Assembly: GCA_963754875.1 (NCBI GenBank)
Contig: CAVWHO010000008.1
Location: forward strand, 320,001-384,000
From: Nitrospirota bacterium
GTDB lineage: Bacteria; Nitrospirota; UBA9217
DNA: 64,000 nt
Direction of reading: 5' to 3'
Position numbers and translations under genes: made by a program. Below, one piece after another: positions 58,106 through 64,000 of this stretch; the first letter of the stretch is position 1, and every line of letters begins with the position of its first letter. Below the pieces are notes generated by a model. It made no database searches and was not told the origin of the DNA. It worked only from the letters and a program-made list of their open reading frames with translations.

Positions 58106-59106
58106 GCCGTGTTCCGAGATGGAATGAAAAGCTTAATCGTTGTGCCGCAATTCATTTTGCTGTCTATCTCCAAGTGACCATGGTAATGCTTTAAAATTTC
58201 GTAGGTGATGAAAAGGCCAAAACCTTTTCCGTTGTTCCCTCCGTCTGCAGAAAGCTCACCGATGCGTTTATGCGCCATCCCCTGACCGGTATCGGCAATA
58301 GAAACGACGACATAAATCTTGCCGTCGCGTTCCTCGGCAGATGTGCCGATTTTCAACTGGCCGCCGTCGTCCATGGCATCTATAGCGTTATTTATGACAT
58401 TGAGAACCGCCTGCTCCAGGTGAAACGAATTAATGACCACGGGAGGTATGTTCCCGAACTCAAACAGAGATTGGATATTCCGTGTATAAATTTGCAGTGA
58501 AATGAAGACCTCAATCTTTTTCAGCAAGGAATTGATGTCCGTTTCCTTGTCTTCTGTATCCGAAACAGATGAACTGAGAAATTTCGAGATAAAATTCTCA
58601 AGACGCGAGATTTCATCCTCCATGATCTTGGTAAATTCGACAAGTGGCGCTTCATGACTGTATTTTTCACTGAGATAGACGACAGCACCTTTTATAGCGT
58701 TCAATGGATTCCTGACGCCATGAGCCAGTGTGGATGCTATTTTCCCGATATCAATCAGTTTCTGCGATTGCTGCAGTCTCTTGGCCATCTCACATGTTGA
58801 AAAAGGGTAAATGGCAACTTCTACCGAATCGATGGAATCGGTAGAGGATTTCCTCGGCTTTATTTTTATGTCCGCTTGAAAACTGCCGGCAATACACGGG
58901 AACGAATACTTTTTCAATGTCACAGTCCTTTGCGTCTCTATGGCTTTGGCAATCGCGTCCTTCTCGTTCGTAATAATTCGTGGGAAAATCTCGTAATATT
59001 TATTCCCCATCGTTCGAGACGCAGGTCGGCCCGTAAATTCTGCAATCTCTTTTTCCCACGAACAAACGCGTAATTTTTTATCTGTTCTAAATGAAAGTTC
59101 TTTCAT
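58102..59106 (-). CDS. Cytoplasmic sensor histidine kinase (PAS-like + HisKA + HATPase)
   Basis: LAHGVRNPL, NVINNAIDA, DTGQG, GKGFGL; start MKELSF 59106 (alternative 59148). Confidence 0.9.
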   Translation of the reverse strand: MKELSFRTDKKLRVCSWEKEIAEFTGRPASRTMGNKYYEIFPRIITNEKDAIAKAIETQRTVTLKKYSFPCIAGSFQADIKIKPRKSSTDSIDSVEVAIYPFSTCEMAKRLQQSQKLIDIGKIASTLAHGVRNPLNAIKGAVVYLSEKYSHEAPLVEFTKIMEDEISRLENFISKFLSSSVSDTEDKETDINSLLKKIEVFISLQIYTRNIQSLFEFGNIPPVVINSFHLEQAVLNVINNAIDAMDDGGQLKIGTSAEERDGKIYVVVSIADTGQGMAHKRIGELSADGGNNGKGFGLFITYEILKHYHGHLEIDSKMNCGTTIKLFIPSRNTA

Positions 59107-59929
59107 CGTGCGAATATCCCGCCAGGGTTGTATGATATCGTGAAGCATCCTTGCACAATATGATAACCACGAACGTCATCATATTGTATCCCGTTGTATC
59201 CAGGAACGCAAGTTGAGCAAGAACAAAACATATATCCCCCGGAACATATGCAACCAAGTCCTGCTTAGAAAGATGCTTGTAAAGCGATGTAATGTAATTA
59301 CAGATTAGAATTAACGTCCCTACAATTTCAAATATCAGGATGACGAATATGCCCCTCCCTACAAAATACTCAATACCCAAGAGGAGCTCGTTACCAGAAT
59401 ATTCAAATATTGCTCAATTCTTCACCATAAACGTTATGATTTAAGGTGCCACATACTAGTAGGTTGCATATCCATTATCAATACCCCGCATGGGGTATTT
59501 TAAGGGTACTTCGACACGAATATGCATAGGAGGTACATAATGTTAAAATCATCAAAATACCATCCAATAGCTCAACGGGCACTACAATAATGCGTCATAT
59601 ACATTTACTAATAACGTTGTTTCGTTCCAAGATTGCAATATAAAGTTCTTATCCTCGTTTGACTTTCCAACGACATGTGTAATGAAAAAGAATTAATAAT
59701 CAGATATAGTTTATCTCCGTCCGCCTCTTCTTGTCAAGGCAGCCTTCGCAATGTATATAAACTGGTTTATTCTGCTATATAGCAAAGAAATTGCAACAAG
59801 AAATTGTCTGCTATGGTCAACTTTTTTTCAACAATATCGAACTTCAGTTTCTAAGCTACCTATATCTATATGGAAAGATGAAGATCATGTCTAATAATAA
59901 AGGCTTTTCCAAAGTTTTTTTGTTGAGTT

Positions 59930-59958
59930 ATCTTATGTTATTTAGAAAGAAAAGTCAA
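59930..59958 (-). promoter_or_regulatory. Candidate sigma70 promoter facing the HK/RR genes
   Basis: TTGACT-N17-TAAGAT. A second candidate, TTGACA-N18-TAAACT, lies at 59737-59708. The region is AT-rich, so chance matches are possible. Confidence 0.4.
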
Positions 59959-60221
59959 CAACTCTAAAAGGGTATTTTTAGGGTATACATATAAAATTCT
60001 AATTTTAAATGTAATTATATATATATTGCAACTATTTAAAATATATAGACAAACTCGTAAAAGGCTGGATGATTATGAGGGAAATGCTACTATTCGTAGC
60101 GCATATTATTTTTCCACATTAGCAGCCTTGTTCAATCTGCTATGTTATAAGTGTCATGAGACAAAAATTCCTTAGTCTCTTTTTAAAGGGTTACAGTCAA
60201 TTTGCTACAGGGCATACGAAG

Positions 60222-60409
60222 TTCGAGACCTGGAATACATTCTCAGGCGGTTTCCACACTTTATGGAGCAAGTGTATAATTAAATGACTGCATTCATGAC
60301 TGGATTACGTTCCCCCCTGCTGAATTCGAGGCAATGCTGATAAAACAAAACCAAAAAAAACTCTGTCCGGTTAGCTAAGCTAACTGTCCAAACTCAGGGG
60401 TGCAGTTCA
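60222..60409 (+). mobile_element. IS3-family remnant: decayed transposase C-terminus plus right inverted repeat
   Basis: Broken translation RFPHFMEQVYN*..LHS*LDYVPPAEFE matches the IS3 OrfB end (YN..RLHS.LGY..P.EFE). The end reads TGAACTGCACCCCTGAGTTTGGACAG on the minus strand, an IS3-type TG...CA terminus. Confidence 0.78.
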
Positions 60410-60481
60410 ACAAGCGCCCCCCCCACAAACACATATTTAGTCGGTGGCGTCCAGATATTATTTATTGCCATAATATATCTC

Positions 60482-61168
60482 TCAACGAAATAGATTGTAT
60501 TTCATTATGCAATAAATGGCTCTGAATCCGTCTTTCCAGCCGATTTTTTTCCCTTCACCATAAGTCCTGCCGTAGTACGATATTCCTACTTCGTAAATAC
60601 GACAACCTCTCTTCGCAATCTTTGCCGTTATCTCGGGCTCAAACCCAAATCGGTCTTCCTCGATTTTAATTGACTGAATAATCTCACGCTTGAATGCTTT
60701 ATAGCACGTTTCCATATCGGTGAGGTTGATGTTTGTAAACATGTTTGACAGGAGCGTAAGAAGCCAGTTTCCTACAGAGTGCCAATAATATACAACGCGA
60801 TGCGGCCGGCCCCCCATGAATCGCGAGCCGTACACCACATCCGCATTGTTCTGGATAAGAGGCTCCAACAGCAGTGGGTATTCCTGCGGATCGTACTCAA
60901 GATCGGAGTCTTGGATAATGACAAAATCACCGGTTGCTGCGGCAATCCCGGTGCGCAAGGCCGCCCCTTTGCCCCGATTGCGTTCATGCATCATAACACG
61001 GACATCATCACCACGAGCAAGTTTGCGAATGATATCACGGGTGCCGTCCCTGGAGCAGTCATCAACGACAATGATCTCTTTATCCAGGTTAACATTCTTG
61101 ACGCGGGTGATAAGCTGTTCGATGGTCGCCTTTTCGTTATAAACTGGAATAATGACTGACAATTTCAT
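60482..61168 (-). CDS. GT2 polyprenol-phosphate glycosyltransferase (DPM1-like)
   Basis: [51 protein letters not shown]. Confidence 0.93.
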   Translation of the reverse strand: MKLSVIIPVYNEKATIEQLITRVKNVNLDKEIIVVDDCSRDGTRDIIRKLARGDDVRVMMHERNRGKGAALRTGIAAATGDFVIIQDSDLEYDPQEYPLLLEPLIQNNADVVYGSRFMGGRPHRVVYYWHSVGNWLLTLLSNMFTNINLTDMETCYKAFKREIIQSIKIEEDRFGFEPEITAKIAKRGCRIYEVGISYYGRTYGEGKKIGWKDGFRAIYCIMKYNLFR

Positions 61169-61807
61169 AGCCGCATCCTTTCCTTAATACGAATGAATCT
61201 CGCGCAGAGCACTGCGCATTCGTCCAGATCCGCTGCTAGACACAGGAACAGCTGATCACTGTCGAGGGTGACGTTACTCGCATAATCACCGCCGGCAATC
61301 CGCGCGGTATATGTTTTTTTGAGAGGCAAATAAATGCCCATTCCAAGGACATAAAGGTGTAGGCCAGAAGGCAAACGAAAATAATCATAGAGACGATATG
61401 AGCGCAAGTTTTAATATGCCGAAACAAATCGCCCTTGTGGCTGTTCGCGATGCTCAAGACTGTTTGTTTTAAAGAGTCACTGCTTTTGTTCTGCTAAAAG
61501 AAGACACTCAGAGTTTTTGACATCGTTACAGCAATAATAATAGTAAAAACATTAATTTTCGGTGTCTATAGATCCCATCACACCTCTTTTTTATGTACCG
61601 CGGCGGTTCTCTCTGAAGCACATTAACAAAAGTAAGACAATAGTGCAAGGGTAACGAAAAGAAGATGGAAAGCGGCGCTCCTCCCCATGGTCGAGATGCG
61701 TTTACGATAAATCATCAAGACAATAAGCTGTTTTCTCTTGCAAAAAATTAAAAAACTGCTATACATAAATGGGTATTTTTTAAAATAAATTGGGGATTGT
61801 TACGAAT

Positions 61808-64000
61808 ATGAGTCTCTTCGTCTTTGCCTTATTTTTTATTTCTGGGGCCTGTGGCCTCATCTATGAAGTTGTTTGGTCTCGAATGATGACGCTTATATTC
61901 GGGAGAAGCGTCCTGGCAGTGGGTACCGTCCTCGCTGCATTCATGTGGGGTCTCGCGATCGGGAGCTACCTGCTCGGAAAGTATGCCGACCGGAGCCGCA
62001 ATCCGCTTCGTCTCTATGCCATCTACGAGATTGGAGTCGGGATTAGCGCATTTATTGCCTCGTTCCTCTTGATGCGCATAACCCCCATCTACGTATGGGT
62101 TCATGCAACCTTCGGGGACTATCCCGTGATGTTCATCGTGGTACGCTTTTTCATCGCCTTTGCGCTCCTTACACTGCCCACAGCCTTGATGGGAGCCACC
62201 CTCCCCCTCCTCTCCCGCGTCGTCGTTAAGCAGCTGTCGCGCGTCAGCCACGAGTTGGGCAGCCTCTACGCCATCAACACCGTGGGAGCGGTGGCCGGCA
62301 GTCTTCTCGCAGGCTTTTATCTTATCGGGCGCCTTGGTTTGCACGACACCGTAGCCGTAGCCGTTGTGGGTAACCTGGCTGTAGGCATAGTGGCGTGGTT
62401 TGCCTCATTTCGCACCGGCCCCGCAGGCGATAAAGTCGCGCAATCTTCGCCGGATACGTCGCCTGTGATACATATCGACATTGGTCGGTCCCGGAGCACC
62501 TTCCGGTTGGTTCTCCTTTCATTCGCCTTGTCGGGAGTGACGTCCTTTGCCTATGAAATTTTCTGGACGCGTTCGCTTGTCTTTTTGCTCGGCAACACGA
62601 CCTATGCCTTTACGCTGATGCTCACGGCTTTTCTGCTGGGGATTGCGCTCGGAGGATACGGGATACGGTTCCTTGCAGACATGGTGAAAGCCCCTCTACG
62701 GCTGTTCGCTGTAATCGAGATCCTTATCGGAGTCTTTTCAGCCATTGCCTTGCCCCTGCTTTTTCTTATCGTCAAGTCGGATGCCATACACGCCTTAATC
62801 CTTCGCTACTCCGCTCAACTCGATTTGCTAGCTGCATCTAACTTCTTGCTCTCCCTATCCCTCATGCTCTTTCCAGCTACCCTGATCGGAGCGACGCTGC
62901 CCCTCATGGGCCGTATCTTCCTGTCTGATCTACAGCGTACCGGAACGACGGTTGGCAAGCTCTACGCCGTCAACACGATCGGCAACGTCATTGGTGCGCT
63001 CCTGCCAGGGCTTGTTATCATGCCGATCATGGGAATTCAGAAAGGCATCCTCCTAATGGCAGCCCTCAACGTGGGTCTGGGCATCGCACTTTTCTTTTCC
63101 CAAGGGAAGCGCGCCATGATCTTCCTGTCCGCAACGGCTGTGGCCTTCGTTTTTTTTGCGCTCTTCCTTGTGCGGCTCCCCATAGCATTCCAGTTCCCGT
63201 CAGAGTATCAAAGACCGCGGGATGAGGTGCTCTATTATAAGGAAGGCGGCCTCGTGACCACGAAGGTCTGGACCAGTGCCGACTCGGGCTATAAAGTTAT
63301 CAGCGTCGACGGGATCAACATCGGCGGGACCAGCGATTCCGATTACAAGCAGCAGCTCCTTGCCCACTTGCCGAAGCTGCTCCTGAAATCCTACCGTTCG
63401 GAGCTGTCAATCGGACTCGGCTCCGGGATACTCGCTGGCGAAAGTGCCCGTCACTCCGCGTTGCGGAAAATTGTAAGCGTGGAAATATCGCAGGGTGTTG
63501 CTTCCGGAGCGGCATATTTCTCCGAAGCAAATTACAGCATTCTCCACGATCCTCGCGCGGTCATCGTCGTGGATGATGTGGTTGATTTTCTCGAAACGAC
63601 GCCGGATCACTTCGACATCATATCGGCTGACGAAAAAACAACGGGGAAATACGCCACAAACTCTTTCTCGTACTCGAAGGAATACTATGCGATGCTGCAG
63701 AAACGGCTCGCCCCCGGAGGGCTTGTAATTCAATGGATGCCGACCGATCTTCCGCCGACGCAGTATGCCCTCGCTCTAAGGACGTTCCTGGATTCGTTCC
63801 CACATGTTCAACTCTGGTATTTCCCTCCTATTGGACGGTTCACCATGTCGAATACGATCCTTGTCGGCTCGAACGATCCCGTGGACATGGATCCGTTATG
63901 GATGCGCCAAGCAATGGAACGGGAACCAGAAGCGTTCATGGGGATACGCAAATACGGTCTGACAACCGCAGAGGCCGTCTTGGCACATTTCGTCGGGACC
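61808..64000 (+). CDS. Fused MFS-like membrane domain / spermidine synthase, runs off window end
   Basis: Not in ORF track. Read by hand: MSLFVFALFFISGACGLIYEVVWSRMMTLIFG..., later LYAINTVGA and IGLGSG SAM-binding motif. Confidence 0.88.
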   Translation, partial: MSLFVFALFFISGACGLIYEVVWSRMMTLIFGRSVLAVGTVLAAFMWGLAIGSYLLGKYADRSRNPLRLYAIYEIGVGISAFIASFLLMRITPIYVWVHATFGDYPVMFIVVRFFIAFALLTLPTALMGATLPLLSRVVVKQLSRVSHELGSLYAINTVGAVAGSLLAGFYLIGRLGLHDTVAVAVVGNLAVGIVAWFASFRTGPAGDKVAQSSPDTSPVIHIDIGRSRSTFRLVLLSFALSGVTSFAYEIFWTRSLVFLLGNTTYAFTLMLTAFLLGIALGGYGIRFLADMVKAPLRLFAVIEILIGVFSAIALPLLFLIVKSDAIHALILRYSAQLDLLAASNFLLSLSLMLFPATLIGATLPLMGRIFLSDLQRTGTTVGKLYAVNTIGNVIGALLPGLVIMPIMGIQKGILLMAALNVGLGIALFFSQGKRAMIFLSATAVAFVFFALFLVRLPIAFQFPSEYQRPRDEVLYYKEGGLVTTKVWTSADSGYKVISVDGINIGGTSDSDYKQQLLAHLPKLLLKSYRSELSIGLGSGILAGESARHSALRKIVSVEISQGVASGAAYFSEANYSILHDPRAVIVVDDVVDFLETTPDHFDIISADEKTTGKYATNSFSYSKEYYAMLQKRLAPGGLVIQWMPTDLPPTQYALALRTFLDSFPHVQLWYFPPIGRFTMSNTILVGSNDPVDMDPLWMRQAMEREPEAFMGIRKYGLTTAEAVLAHFVGT

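Noticed and set aside
61165..61457. Two overlapping short minus-strand ORFs, one with a hydrophobic stretch
   Set aside because: Could be a small membrane protein or a remnant, but I cannot choose a frame or support a call.
1..64000. CRISPR arrays, rRNA/tRNA genes, integrases, intact transposases
   Set aside because: None seen; the repeats found are intragenic domain repeats or the duplicated promoter.

Overview
Bacterial window, probably Nitrospirota or a Geobacter-like deltaproteobacterium (inferred from gene content only). Positions <1-42890 are one co-directional minus-strand Wzx/Wzy exopolysaccharide locus of the XrtA/PEP-CTERM-associated type. It encodes a UpxY antiterminator, an ExeA-like ATPase, Wza/Wzc, a priming sugar transferase, two AsnB-type amidotransferases, an ACP with an adenylating enzyme, FemAB, GNAT, deacetylases and acetyltransferases. 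Two giant Ig-repeat surface proteins interrupt it. Next come a divergent cohesin-domain gene, glmS, a c-di-GMP/partner-switching cassette, an ankyrin-HEAT lipoprotein, a sigma54 two-component cluster, an IS3 scar, a GT2 and a truncated MFS-spermidine synthase fusion. The best candidate for an undescribed system is a cohesin-dockerin assembly in a Gram-negative biofilm locus. It comprises a dockerin-tailed 1828-aa adhesin, an adjacent cohesin-like lipoprotein and a cohesin+dockerin adaptor 18 kb away. The adhesin and adaptor genes sit behind two copies of the same ~355-bp sigma54/IHF/enhancer promoter module. Domain calls are by-eye motif recognition; no searches were run.
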